A stretch of DNA of 64,000 nt from an uncultured Actinomycetota bacterium (GCA_963838005.1 CAWIPW010000007.1:54691-118690); one strand, 5' to 3'; shown: positions 9,144-19,821, counted from the first letter of the stretch. The notes: generated by a model from the sequence alone, not told the origin. A program made the numbers and translations.

Positions 9144-10376
9144 CTACGAAGTAGAACTCGTGCTCGTTCCCGGGTAGTCCGTCCCGCAGTATGCCTTGGA
9201 CGAGATCGGCACGAAGCCCGACTTCTCGGCCTGCAGAATCCAGGCACACTGGGGGAGATCGTGTCCGAAGACCGTCGAGTAGTCGATGTCGACCGGCAGC
9301 AGCCCGTTGCCGTTGTAGGACTTGATGCTCCGCAACGACGAGACGACCCCCGCACGGGTCGGGTTCGCCCCGGCACGTTGCAGGCCATCGATGATGAGGT
9401 CGCAACCCAGCCACGACAGGTCCTGGCCGTAGCTCGGAAACTCGCTCTGTGAAGCCTGCGTACTTCATCAGGGCGGCCGCCATTTGCTCGGTGCCTGCGT
9501 TGGGCAGCGAGAAGGGGCGGGCCAGCGACAAGAAATATGTCCCCTGAAGACTCGGCCACGCGGGCGAGTTGATGACGGACGGCTCATAGCCAACACTGAG
9601 CAGCGCTGCCTTTAGCTTCACGCCCTCCTGCTCGAGTGCCGTCACGAGGGCGAAATTCGACTCGCCGTCCATTGTGGGAAGGATCGCGTCCACGTTCTGT
9701 TGGTGGGCGGTCAGGGCTTCGGAGGTGAAGACGACACTGCCAAAGGGCACGTTGGTATCCACCACGCCCACCTTGCCGCCTGCTCGGACGAACGACTCGG
9801 CGGCGCCCTTTGCCTCGTCGGCCGACAGCGGTGAGACACCGTAGCCATAGGTGCCGATGGTCGTTCCACCGTGTGCCTTCAGAAAGTTGCCGTAGATGCT
9901 GTTGACGGGTTCCTCCGGATCCTCGCTTCCCCGAAATGCGTCGAACATGTTCGTGTAGGGCTGCTCGCCCCATTCCGGCCCGTCGGAGGAGTTACCCGTG
10001 ACCGGTACGCCGGCCTGTTGAGCGAACTTCGCCGCTTCGAAGAAGAAGGGCGTGTTGGACACGATCCCCAACGTGCCGTTGGAAATGGCGCGCTGGACGG
10101 CGGTCGAGGTCAGGGCCGGGTTCGTCTGGTCGTCGATGATCGACAGGTTGATCTTCCTCCCGTTGACGCCACCCTCGGCATTCTCAAGGTCCACCCGAGC
10201 CTCGCATCCCTGCTGGGAATTGCCGTACTCGGTAGCGGCCGGGCCCGTCAACGAGGAGATGTACGTGACGTTCAGCGGAGCGCCCGACGCCGACGTCGGT
10301 GTCGACCCCGAGCACGATGCACAGGTCGTCGCGGCCAAGGTGACCAGGGTCGCGGCCAGATTCCCTTCTTCGTCAC
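9144..10376 (-). pseudogene. LivK/amide-type ABC substrate-binding lipoprotein (copy 1), at least 2 frame breaks
   Basis: Core ...NVTYISSLTGPAATEYGNSQQGCEARVDLENAEGGVNGRKINLSIIDDQTNP...FSLPNAGTEQMAAALMKYAGF is in ORF 9127..10773. The C-terminus (SIKSYNGNGLLPVDIDYSTVFGHDLPQCAWILQAEKSGFVP) is in ORF 9144..9335 (break ~9455). The signal peptide MTKKGNLAATLVTLAATTCASCSG needs one more G in the G-run at ~10362. Paralogue of 30152..31410. Confidence 0.75.
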
Positions 10377-10473
10377 ACGCAGCAACTTCGGCTCCTGTCG
10401 ATTGCGCGACGATGGGCCAGGGGCCCGTCGTCACTGGATGAATGAGCGCACCGCCACCGCCTCCGTCCGGGCC

Positions 10474-10773
10474 GCGTGCACGCAGGGCCCGATGCGTATC
10501 GTGGATCGGCGGATCCTCGAAGAGGACGATCCCCGGTGGGATCTCGACGCCCGCCCTATGATCTCCGGGACCGTGCCGCGGCCGGAGCGATAGGCGTCCC
10601 ACAGGCGCGGGCTTGACGTCGTCCCACCTGCTCGGGGCGCAGGAGTCGAGCGCCCCATTGCGGTACAGCGGAGCTTCGTCCCGGAGCCGACGCCAGGTCG
10701 GGTACGGATCGCAGTCGATGTCCACGTCGTAGGGGTCGAAGCGGACGGATGCAGCGGGGGTCGTCAGCGTCAC
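10474..10773 (-). pseudogene. cytochrome P450 N-terminal stub (~100 codons), truncated
   Basis: MTLTTPAASVRFDPYDVDIDCDPYPTWRRLRDEAPLYRNG...IPPGIVLFEDPPIHDTHRAL is a typical bacterial P450 N-terminus. The I-helix, EXXR and heme loop are absent. The reading frame runs straight into the binding-protein gene. Confidence 0.7.
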
Positions 10774-10794
10774 GTGCGTTCTTCGACCGATCCG

Positions 10795-11718
10795 TCAGCG
10801 ACCCAGGTGGCCGGTGCCGTACAGGGGCTGGTTCGGTACGCCCCGGAACAAGGGAGCCGTTGGTCCTGCAGTCTCCCAACCCTCCAATTTCGCGGTGAGA
10901 TGGGGGGCGAAGACCGCGCCGTACAGGAGATTCGCCAGGACGACGACGCCGATGATCGAAAGGGTGGTCGACCGAATGCGGCTCGTCGACCTCGCGTCGG
11001 CCAATGCTTCGATGACGGTGCGACCTTCGGGATCCGTTCGGCCGAGGATGTAGGCGAACACCATCACCATGACGCCCATCGCCAGGGCGTCGTAGAGCGG
11101 GTACTGGTGCTTGGTCCCCTCCCACAGCGCAAGCCCGGGGATCACGCGGCCGTAGTAGAAGACGCCCATCCGGGCACCCAGGATCCCGTTGAAGAGAAAG
11201 GCCCACAGAAAGCCGACGACGAGACCGACGGTGAGGAGGGTGGTCGGCCTTCGCCAGTGGAACCTGGCGCTCAGCCAACGCCCGAGAGCGGCACTGATCA
11301 GGGCGGGTGTCACGAAGTAGGAGATGTAGCCGAAGGGCACCGACGCAGGCAGCCCGCCCCATGTCATGTTCAACGGCCACCATGACGGCATGCGGGGGAT
11401 GGCGGGAGCGAACTGCGCGAAGACGGCCCAGTCGTAGGGCGCCTCGATCCACGAGATCGAGATCGCCGCGATGCAGACGAGCAGTAGCGGATGGAGGCGG
11501 CGGTGGCGGTACGTGAGGTATGCGCCGATCACGACGAACGCGAACTCCACCCACGTACGCGAAGCCGATGGATGCCTTCAGCAGGAGCGTCAACTGATGG
11601 TTCAACTGTCGCGATCTTGGCTCGGGGCACGACGTGCTTCCGGGTCGTAGCGAAGCACCACGCCGAAGGTAACGACGATCAGTCCGAAGAGCGTGCCCAG
11701 CATGACGACTGCGCCCAC
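10795..11718 (-). pseudogene. AveC-like (spirocyclase AveC family) polytopic membrane protein, copy 1, 2 frame breaks near the 5' end
   Basis: ORF 10795..11550 (…ISISWIEAPYDWAVFAQFAP…) is paralogous to 23711..24874 (…IVWMDPVMNWAPYAVYNP…). The N-terminal TM segments (MLGTLFGLIVVTFGVVL, HQLTLLLKASIGFAYVG) sit in two other frames. The family assignment is from memory of the motif pattern. Confidence 0.5.
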
Positions 11719-11752
11719 GTCAGCGACCCCCTCTACTGCGAACTCCGGATGC

Positions 11753-11775
11753 TTAGATAGTGGAGACTATCCTAA
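11753..11775. promoter_or_regulatory. imperfect palindrome upstream of the TetR gene (candidate auto-operator)
   Basis: TTAGATAGT-GGAG-ACTATCCTAA, located 34 nt upstream of the ATG at 11809. Confidence 0.35.
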
Positions 11776-11808
11776 ACTCACGACCGGCGAGCGGAGTTCG
11801 AGGAGCGG

Positions 11809-12477
11809 ATGACTGTGCCGCAGAGTTCGGCAAAAAAGAAGACGGCGATCGAAACGCGAGCCCAGGCGACACGCCGGCCACGTGGCGCGCCGCGGAAACT
11901 CCTGCTCGACGCGGCCCGCGACCTCTTCGCCCGCCAGGACTACCGCAGTACCACCACTCGTGAGATCGCCGAGGCCGCCGGCGTCAACGAACACCTGCTG
12001 TTCCGTCATTTCGGCTCGAAGGCGGCCTTGTTCCGCGAGGCCCTTGTCCTCCCCTTCGTCCGCTTCGTCGACGAATTCGGCCGGACATGGCGGGCGGCCG
12101 TCTCCAAGGAGACCGACGAGGAGGAGCTCGCCCGACAGTTCGTCGGACAGCTCTACGACGTGTTTGTGGAACACCGCGGCCTCGTCGTGACGCTCTTGGC
12201 GTCGGAGGCCCTGAGCGAGGAGGAGAGGGCTGACGCCGGCATTGCCGACATCCGGGGGTCACTGGCGCTGCTCGGCCAGATCAGCGCCGAGGGCACGGAC
12301 ATCAAGGGGATGCGGTCGAACCACCCGGATCTGGCGGCCTACTCGACGGTGGCGATGATCGCCGGCATGGCTGCCCTGCGTTCGACCTACTTCGGAACCG
12401 AGCAACCGTCGAGGGAGGCGATCGTCGAGGAGCTCACCCAGGCGAACCTCCACGGCTTCCTGCATCGGCAGGGCTGA
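11809..12477 (+). CDS. TetR/AcrR family transcriptional regulator
   Basis: HTH region RKLLLDAARDLFARQDYRSTTTREIAEAAGVNEHLLFRHFGSKAALF. Intact 222-aa ORF. Confidence 0.88.
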   Translation: MTVPQSSAKKKTAIETRAQATRRPRGAPRKLLLDAARDLFARQDYRSTTTREIAEAAGVNEHLLFRHFGSKAALFREALVLPFVRFVDEFGRTWRAAVSKETDEEELARQFVGQLYDVFVEHRGLVVTLLASEALSEEERADAGIADIRGSLALLGQISAEGTDIKGMRSNHPDLAAYSTVAMIAGMAALRSTYFGTEQPSREAIVEELTQANLHGFLHRQG

Positions 12478-12580
12478 ACAGCCAATGTGCCGGCGGTCGA
12501 TTGTCCGGGCGGCCGCGGAGGAACAGCTGGCCGGGCTCGAAGGCGTCCTCGACGCCTGGGACGTCCCGAGCGCCCGGTCA

Positions 12581-13512
12581 CTACAGCGGTATGCCCAGAC
12601 GGCTGCAGATCGCCGCCACTTCGTCGAAGATCGACGTCGGGACGGTGAACGGTTCGATCGCCGCCACATCGGACATGTGGGTCTCGACGTCCTCGACGGT
12701 CGGCGGTGTCCCCGTGGGGGCGATCCAACCCTCGCCGAGGCCGACGAACACGCGGGCAAAGCGACCGGCGCAGGCAGAGAAGTTCTGGTGGGTGAAGGTG
12801 CACGCCCGACTGGCCAGGAACACCACCATCGGCACCACCAGTTCCGGTTCGATGGCGTTCAGAAACGGCACGTCGTCTCCGAGCTGCTCGCGGTCGCCCA
12901 CCGTCTCCGTCACCATGCGCGAGTATCCGAACGGCAACACGGTATTGGCCAGGATGCCGTGGAGGGCGCCGTCGATGGCGATGACGTTGGCCAGCCCGAC
13001 CAGGCCGGCCTTGGCCGCCGCGTAGTGTGCTGAGTTCGGTTGACCGAACATCCCGGCCGACGACGAGATGAAGACGAAGCGGCCCCCGCCCTGCTCCTTC
13101 ATCACCCGGTACGCGGGCTGGCCGAGGTGGAACCCGCCGTCAAGGTGCACGTTCAGCATTCGCCGCCAATCATCCTCCTGCAGTTCGTCGAAGACGGCCG
13201 TGTCGAAGATCCCGGCATTGCTCACCACCGCGTCGAGCCGGTCGAACCGGTCCACAGCGGTCCGCACGATCGCCTCACCTCCTTCCGAAGAGGCCACCGA
13301 GTCGTAGCTCGCGACGGCAATCCGCCCCGGAGCTCGATCTCCTTCACCACCTCGTCGGCGACGCTCGTGTCAGATCCGCGACCCTCCATGGAGCCGCCGA
13401 CATCGTTGACGACCACCCCCGCTCCCCGCCGGGCCAGCTCCAGCGCATAGAGACGACCGAGACCCCGACCGGCCCCGGTCACGATGACCGCCTGTCCGGC
13501 GAATTCGATCAT
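12581..13512 (-). pseudogene. SDR oxidoreductase, Hsd4A / MFE-2 dehydrogenase-like, one frame break ~13300-13320
   Basis: The N-terminus MIEFAGQAVIVTGAGRGLGRLYALELARRGAGVVVNDVGG is in ORF 13222..13512. The remainder, with the catalytic SSSAG...YAAAKAG motifs and a long C-terminal extension, is in ORF 12581..13297. Confidence 0.8.
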
Positions 13513-13567
13513 CGGTCAGGGGGCTCCTTCCCGTCGGTGGCCGCGGCCGGGCCGGCCCAGTCGCCCG

Positions 13568-13583
13568 GACCGAATGTTTGGTA
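13568..13583. promoter_or_regulatory. 16-bp operator-like palindrome, site 1 of 8
   Basis: GACCGAATGTTTGGTA, in the divergent SDR / P450 intergenic region. Confidence 0.45.
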
Positions 13584-13814
13584 GTGCGGGTACAAGGTAG
13601 CGCCAGGGAGGGCGATCGGTGGCCCGGCGGCACAATTTCCCTGCTGGCCACAGACCGTGTGGGTATGCCGTCCGGTTTGGGGCCACCACCGGGTGCTCAC
13701 CACGCAGAGAGGGCCGGCTGCAGGGCTTTCAACGGTCGGACCGGTCCCTTTCGGGCGCTTGTGTCACGCTGGTCACGCCGGGCGCATCCACGGCGGGGAG
13801 CAGGATGTACTTGC

Positions 13815-13830
13815 GACCAGAGATTTGTTC
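13815..13830. promoter_or_regulatory. 16-bp operator-like motif, site 2 of 8
   Basis: GACCAGAGATTTGTTC, 92 nt upstream of the P450 ATG at 13922. Confidence 0.4.
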
Positions 13831-13921
13831 CACTGCTAGGCTGCACCCAACGAGGCGGATCCCGTCGCGGAGGGACCCGGACGGCACTGGGACCAGGCAA
13901 TCGGAACGGAGTGTTGCGGAC

Positions 13922-15196
13922 ATGGCCGACGATTTCGAGCACACTGACTTCTTCGTCGACGAGTCTCTCTTCGATGATCCGTATCAGTATTGGGAGTACG
14001 TCCGCGCCCACAGAGGACCCGTCTGGCTCGACCCTCGCCACAACCTCGCCGTCGTGGTCGGGCACGAGGAGGAGGTCCAGGTGCTGCACGACCACTCCAC
14101 GTTCTCGTCGTGCAACGCCCCGACCGGCCCGTTCCCGGGACTCCCTGTGGAGGTCGAGGGCGACGACGCCGATCCGGTCATCGACGAGCACCGTGCCGAA
14201 CTGCCGATGCACGAGTTCATGGTGACGATGGATCCCCCTCAGCACGACGAGTACCGCAGCCTGATGTGGCGCCTCTTCACGCCGAAGCAGTTGAAGAAGA
14301 ACGAAGATTTCATGTGGCGCCTCGCCGACCAGAAGCTCGACGAGTTCGTCGACGATGGTCAGGTGGAGTTCAGTAGCCGGTACGCCTCGCCGTTCACCGG
14401 CCTGGTGATCGCCGACCTCCTCGGAGTGCCCGAGGAGGACATGCCCCGGTTCAGGGCCTGGTTCGAGGGTCAGTTCGACCGGATCGAGGTGGAGGGAAGC
14501 AACATCACCGGTGACCCGCTGACGTTCTTCGAGGACTCCTTCGCCACCTACGTCAGCGAGCGCCGGAAGGAGCCCCGGGACGACGTGCTCACCCAACTCG
14601 CCGAGGCCACGTTCTCCGACGGATCGACTCCCGGCGTCGAGGACATCGCTCGCGAGTCGGCATTCATCTTCGCCGCCGGTCAGGAGACGACCGTGCGGCT
14701 CATCACGTTTTCGATGCGGTACCTCGCCGAGAACCCTGATGCGCAGGAACGCCTGCGCCGCGACCGCGAGCTCATCCCGAACTTCCTGGCCGAGATGTTG
14801 CGGCTCGAAAGTCCGATCAAGGTGCACTTCCGGATGGCACGACACACCACGAACCTGGGAGGTGTGACGATCCCGGCAGGAACGTCGGTGATGCTCGTCA
14901 ACGGCGCCGCCAACCGCGATCCGCGCCGATTCGAGGACCCCGCTGAGGTGCAGATCGAACGACCCAACGCCCGGGAACAATTGGCGTTCAGCCGTGGAGC
15001 GCATTCGTGCCTGGGACAGTCGCTGGCTCGCGCCGAATCGCGGGTGACGATCGAGCGGGTGTTGGACCGGATGGCGGACATTCGGGTGTCGGAGACCCAC
15101 CACGGTCCCGCAGACGCCCGCCGGTGGGACTACCTGCCGACCTGGCTGTTCCGAGGGCTCACCGAGCTACATCTGGAGTTTCGCCCGATCAAGTGA
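13922..15196 (+). CDS. cytochrome P450
   Basis: MADDFEHTDFFVDESLFDDPYQYWEYVR... I-helix AGQETT, EXXR (ESPIK/LRLE region), heme loop FSRGAHSCLGQSLA. Intact 424 aa. It is the downstream part of ORF 13619..15196. Confidence 0.92.
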   Translation: MADDFEHTDFFVDESLFDDPYQYWEYVRAHRGPVWLDPRHNLAVVVGHEEEVQVLHDHSTFSSCNAPTGPFPGLPVEVEGDDADPVIDEHRAELPMHEFMVTMDPPQHDEYRSLMWRLFTPKQLKKNEDFMWRLADQKLDEFVDDGQVEFSSRYASPFTGLVIADLLGVPEEDMPRFRAWFEGQFDRIEVEGSNITGDPLTFFEDSFATYVSERRKEPRDDVLTQLAEATFSDGSTPGVEDIARESAFIFAAGQETTVRLITFSMRYLAENPDAQERLRRDRELIPNFLAEMLRLESPIKVHFRMARHTTNLGGVTIPAGTSVMLVNGAANRDPRRFEDPAEVQIERPNAREQLAFSRGAHSCLGQSLARAESRVTIERVLDRMADIRVSETHHGPADARRWDYLPTWLFRGLTELHLEFRPIK

Positions 15197-16410
15197 CGGC
15201 CCGGCCGCGCCCTCCAGGCTGAGCTCCCGAGCACCATGGGGAAACTGCTGAGTGCCCGGATGCCGGGCGAGAAGTCGAGCAGCACACCCGGCTTCACCCG
15301 GTAGTCGGGGATCCGGCGGTGCCACTCACGCAGGGCCACCAGCAACTCGACCCGTGCGAGGTGTGAACCCAGGCATCGATGGATCCCACCGCCGAACGCC
15401 AGGTGGCGGTTGACCTCCCGGTCCCACCGGACGGTCTCCGCATCGGACGTCTCCTGCCCGTCGACGTTGGCCGCGCCCAACAGCACCATGACCCTCTCGC
15501 CCGATTGCACGTCGAGCCCGGCCAGATTCGCGTCGCACGTCGCCACCCGGGCCGTACCCATCACCGGCGTCTCCCACCGCAGCAGCTCCTCGACGACCTG
15601 CGGGATCGAGTCGGGGTTCTCGACGAGCTTGTGACGGTCCTCGGGGTGGTCGGCCAGAAAGCCGAAGAAGCAATCGAGGGATGCCGAGACGGTGTCGAGC
15701 CCCGCTATCAGAAAGAGGAAACAGATGTCGAGGATGTCGTCGCGGCTGAGTCTGTCGCCATCGACCTCGGCATCGAGAAACTGGCTGATGAGGTCGTCCC
15801 GGCGCGTCGATGTTCGCTCGTCGAGGAGACCTTCGAAGTACTCATAGATCGAATCCGCTGTTTTCTGCTGGTACGTGTCGACATCCGGATGCCCGTACTC
15901 CTGACCGACGACGTGACCGGGGCGGATGATTCCGTCCTTCATCTCGAGGAAGCGTGGAAGCTCCTCCATCGGTAGTCCGAACATGGTCAGGAATACCCGT
16001 GAGGGGAACGGGATCGAAAAGCGCTCGGTGAAGTCGATCTCGTCCTCGTCGATGAAAACGTCGATGAGGTCGTTCACGAGCCGCGTGATCGGCTCCGTCA
16101 ACGCCTGCATCCGCTTGGTCGCGAACAGGGGATCGAGGATCTTTCGGTACGTCCGATGTGCAGGAGGATCGATCTGCAACGGGATGAGTGGGCGGCGGAC
16201 CTTGAGGTCGGTGGCCGCGGCGTCCGACGAGTACGTCTCGGGGTGACGCAACACTTCCTCGACCGCCTTGCGCGAGCAGGCCAGCACGCCGACCCCCGCG
16301 ACCCGCATCGACTCGGAACCTTCGACGAGTGCCTGGTACGTGGGTTGCGGGTTGCGCGCCAGTTCCGGCGTCATCATGTTCTCGAACTGGCCGTCGGGCT
16401 CGGGACTCAC
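15130..16410 (-). CDS. cytochrome P450
   Basis: GTG start gives MSPEPDGQFENMMTPELARNPQP... I-helix IAGLDTV, ELLRWETP (EXXR), heme loop FGGGIHRCLGSHLA. The last ~20 codons overlap the convergent P450 by 67 nt, so the true stop may be earlier. Confidence 0.88.
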   Translation of the reverse strand: MSPEPDGQFENMMTPELARNPQPTYQALVEGSESMRVAGVGVLACSRKAVEEVLRHPETYSSDAAATDLKVRRPLIPLQIDPPAHRTYRKILDPLFATKRMQALTEPITRLVNDLIDVFIDEDEIDFTERFSIPFPSRVFLTMFGLPMEELPRFLEMKDGIIRPGHVVGQEYGHPDVDTYQQKTADSIYEYFEGLLDERTSTRRDDLISQFLDAEVDGDRLSRDDILDICFLFLIAGLDTVSASLDCFFGFLADHPEDRHKLVENPDSIPQVVEELLRWETPVMGTARVATCDANLAGLDVQSGERVMVLLGAANVDGQETSDAETVRWDREVNRHLAFGGGIHRCLGSHLARVELLVALREWHRRIPDYRVKPGVLLDFSPGIRALSSFPMVLGSSAWRARPGRHLIGRNSRCSSVSPRNSQVGR

Positions 16411-16433
16411 GGTCCGAGAGTAGCCCAGATCCG

Positions 16434-16449
16434 GACCCAATGTTTGGTC
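16434..16449. promoter_or_regulatory. 16-bp operator-like palindrome, site 3 of 8 (best palindrome)
   Basis: GACCCAATGTTTGGTC, between the P450 (start 16410, minus) and the tandem TetR (start 16504, plus). Confidence 0.5.
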
Positions 16450-16503
16450 TGTCAGTTGTCCACAGCGTCTGGGGGGTCACCCCATCCGGTAGCGTTTTCA
16501 CTC

Positions 16504-17744
16504 ATGCAGACCGACAGCGAGCGCCGGGAAGAGATCCTCGAGACGGCCGCATCCCTGTTCGCCTCCTCGGGAATTCGCACCTCGCTCAAGGACATCGGCG
16601 ATGCCTGCGGCATCCGACCGGGCAGCCTTTACCACCACTTCGAGTCCAAGGACGCCATCGTCATCGAGCTCGTCCAGCGGTACCGGGACGAGCTCGACCA
16701 GGTGGCCAAGGTGGCGCTCGACTCGTTGCATGAGCCCGGTCCACCGTCAACCGAAGCTCGGGTCATCCAACTGGGCGAGGCCATCGCTGCGTGCGCCGTT
16801 CGAAACCGGGCGGCGCTGCTGCTCACCCTGTACGAGCCGCCGACGACCGCCAGCGACGTGCTCGTCGAGCTCGCGTTACAGACCCCGACGGCGGTCACCG
16901 CAGCCATGACCGAGATCCTCGAAGCCGGTCACCCGGCCGGTGAGATCCGTTCGCAGGTCGACGCATCGCTACTCGGTGAGCGGCTCTGCCAGAGCATGCT
17001 GCACGTCGGCGTCGGCGTCTTCCACCGTAGCCAGGCGTCTCGTGGCCTGCCCACGACGAAGTGCCGCGTGTTCCTGCACGGCATCGCCCACCGGACGCCC
17101 GCCAACCGCTCGCTGGACCACTCGGCCGCCACGCGGGCCGCAAACGAGGTCATCGCCGGCTGGAGCACGGTCGATGGCGACGATCGGACGTCACATCTCC
17201 GTGCCGTCGGTCGGGTCGAATTCGGCCGCCATGGGTACGAGGCGACGACGATGCGTGACATCGCCAAGGCAGCCGGGCTGAGCACGGGCACCGTGTACCG
17301 GACGTTCCGTTCCAAGGACGAGTTGCTCGTCGCCATCATGGAGACCTTCTCCGATACTTTCGCGGCCGCTTGGGATGCCGTGCTGCACGTCGTCATCATC
17401 CACGGTGGAGAAGTTGGACGGCCTGCTCTGGGTCAACATCAACCTGCTCGACCGTTTCAGCGAGGAGTTCAAGATCCAGCTGGCCTGGTTGCGGCAGTCG
17501 CCACCCGACGCAGTCGACCTCGGGGTCTCCTTTGGAACATTTATCCGGCAACTGCAGGACCTCCTCGTTGCCGGCGAGCACGACGGGAGCCTGCGACCCG
17601 GCGACGGGACGGTGGGCACCCGCGCCCGTTCGATGTACGAGGTGCTGCTCACCCCGGAGAACGTGGTGCGCCACGCCGGGCCGTCCGGAGCGCTCGCGCT
17701 GGCGCTGCGACACGGTGCTGCGCGGTGCCCTGACGCACCCCTGA
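16504..17744 (+). pseudogene. tandem (duplicated) TetR-family regulator, 2 frame breaks
   Basis: First HTH: REEILETAASLFASSGIRTSLKDIGDACGIRPGSLYHHFESKDAIV. Second HTH: LRAVGRVEFGRHGYEATTMRDIAKAAGLSTGTVYRTFRSKDELL. Breaks at ~17390 (into ORF 17375..17845) and ~17700 (into ORF 17370..17744, ending ...DTVLRGALTHP). Confidence 0.75.
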
Positions 17745-17801
17745 GCGCGGCAGCCCAGTTCTCACCGGGTACCGCCATCGCCCGACACAGTCGGGCCTGG
17801 C

Positions 17802-18450
17802 TCAGCCGCGAAGACCGGGTCCGTCCCATCCGTCGATCGCGGTGACGTCGGCGAGCGGCCTGCGAGCGGCCGGCCCGGAACGGGTGACGGCCAACCTCGC
17901 CACCGGCAACAGACATCCCTGGACGTAGGTCCCTGGGATGTCGAGTTCCGCGCCGACCTCATGCGCCCGCAGCAGGTGGAGGGTGGTAATACAGCTTCCG
18001 TAGCCACGCGATCGGCAGCGCGAGCTGCACGTTCCACACCGCCGGAAAGATCGAACCGTAGAGCGTCGCCGCGAAGAAGTCGTCGTCGTCCCCCATGCGG
18101 GGCAGGTAGGGCTCGAAGCACGGGATCACAAACAGCGGAACCTCGGCCAGGTGCTCCACGAGCCACTCGGTCGAAGACATCATGCGCCCGAAGTCGTCGT
18201 CGCCGAGCACATCACCGACGAACGTGCCGCCGGTCATCGACAGGTAGGCATCGCGGTAGAGCGCAGCGATCCGAGTCCGCCGCTCCGCGTCGGCGACGAG
18301 CAGCCAACGCCACGACTGCTGATTCGTCCCGTTCGGCGCCTGGAGCCCCATGCGGAGGCACTCGGCCACCACCGACATGTCAACCGGGGCGTCAAGGTCC
18401 AGCGTCCGGCGCGCCGAACGCGTTGACGTGAGCAGCTCGTCGACGTCCAT
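17802..18450 (-). pseudogene. nitroreductase family protein, one frame break ~18010
   Basis: ORF 17959..18450 (MDVDELLTSTRSARRTLDLDAPVDMSVVAECLRMGLQAPNGTNQQSWRWLLV...) continues in another frame as RSRGYGSCITTLHLLRAHEVGAELDIPGTYVQGCLLPVARL...AIDGWDGPGLRG. Confidence 0.7.
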
Positions 18451-18462
18451 GGAAGGGCTGCG

Positions 18463-19759
18463 TCAGCTGTGTGGGAGCGCGCTCGTGAGGGTGAGGACGC
18501 TCACCGGTTCGGTGCCCTCCTTCTTCAGCCTGGCCGACGACCTGTAACCGAGATCGACGTCGCCCGCCCGGCTGCGGAGGGCACCCACGGTCGCCTGATC
18601 CCTCGGCACATGCGAGAAGGGGTCGTAGGAGAAGATCCGAAGCGCGTTCTTGTGCGTCACGTTCGCGACTTCGTCGGCCGGCAGGCCGTCGAGGTAGCCG
18701 CCCACGGTCTCGGGCGACAGCGGCCATGTCGAATCCGAGTGGGGATAGTCGCACTCCCAGGTCACCATGTTCATGTTGAGGTGGTCGCGGCTCTGCGATG
18801 CCGAAGGCGTCGTCTATGAAACAGGTGACGATGCGATCGAGGAATACCTCGCTCGGCAGTCGGTCGCCGAAGTTCTGGTGGGTCCATGCCCGGTGGTGCT
18901 TGTACACGTTGTCGATGCGTTCGAGGAAATAGGGGATCCAGCCGATGCCGCCCTCACTGAGCGCGAACGTGAGGTCCGGGAACTCCCGGAGCGCGCGGGA
19001 CCAGATGAGGTCAGCCGCCGCTTGCACGATGTTCATCGGCTGGAGGGTGATCATCGTGTCCACAGGTGCGTCGAGCGACGTGATGACGACCTGCGAGGAC
19101 GAGCCGATGTGAAGGCAGACGACGGTGTGCTCCTCGCTGCACGCCTTCCAGAACGGATCCCAGTGCTCGGAGTGGAGCGACGGGTAGCCGAGCTTGTCGG
19201 GGTTCTCTGAGAAGGTCACCGCGTGGCAGCCCTTCTTGGCGACCCGCCGTACCTCGTCGGCCATGAGCATCGGGTCCCAGATGGGCGGTAGCGCCAGGGG
19301 GATCATCCGGCCGGGGTGGGTCCCGCACCACTCGTCGATGTGCCAGTCGTTGTAGGCGCGCAGCACGGCCAGGGCGAGGTCCTTGTCTTCGGCCCTTGCG
19401 AAGTACTGGCCACAGAACTGCGGGTACGACGGGAAGTTCATCGAGGAGAGGACGCCGTTGGCGTTCATATCCCTGACCCGCTCGTTCACATCCCAGCACC
19501 CGGGCCGCATCTCGCTGAACCTGGTCGGTTCGATGCCGTACTCGTCGGGCGGGCGGCCGGCCACTGCGTTGAGACCGACATTGGTCGCCTCCTGGCCCTC
19601 GAAGACCCAGGCGTCGGTGCCATCCTCCCTGGTGACGACCTTGGGCGCGTCGTCCCGGTACCTGTCCGGAATGTGACCCTCGAACATTCCCGGCGGCTCG
19701 ACGACGTGGTCGTCCACCGAGACGAGAATGAGATCGTCGATGTTCACAGTGTTCTCCAT
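18463..19759 (-). pseudogene. metal-dependent amidohydrolase (amidohydrolase_2 / ACMSD-LigW-like), one frame break ~18790
   Basis: MENTVNIDDLILVSVDDHVVEPPGMFEGHIPDRY...HIGSSS... is in ORF 18392..19786. The C-terminus MNMVTWECDYPHSDSTWPLSPE... is in ORF 18463..18774. Confidence 0.75.
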
Positions 19760-19805
19760 CAGCCGGCGCTTCCCCGGATCGCCCATCCGAACGGACGATA
19801 GGGCG

Positions 19806-19821
19806 AACCAAATGTTGGGTC
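19806..19821. promoter_or_regulatory. 16-bp operator-like palindrome, site 4 of 8
   Basis: AACCAAATGTTGGGTC (reverse complement GACCCAACATTTGGTT), 47 nt upstream of the amidohydrolase start. Confidence 0.45.

Noticed and set aside
9127-10773. 548-aa ORF that looks like a P450 fused to a binding protein
   Set aside because: It is a truncated P450 stub followed in-frame by the lipoprotein gene, whose own signal peptide and start are recognisable at ~10376.
13697-15103. 468-aa minus-strand ORF
   Set aside because: It is antisense to an intact cytochrome P450. Its composition is dominated by Arg/Gly/Val/His, as is typical of high-GC shadow frames.
15130-15196. 67-nt overlap of the two convergent P450 genes as a possible antisense regulatory feature
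   Set aside because: The overlap more likely comes from an over-extended 3' end of the minus-strand P450. P450 homology ends near ...SSFPMVLG, and a missed stop or frame break is plausible in this indel-prone sequence.
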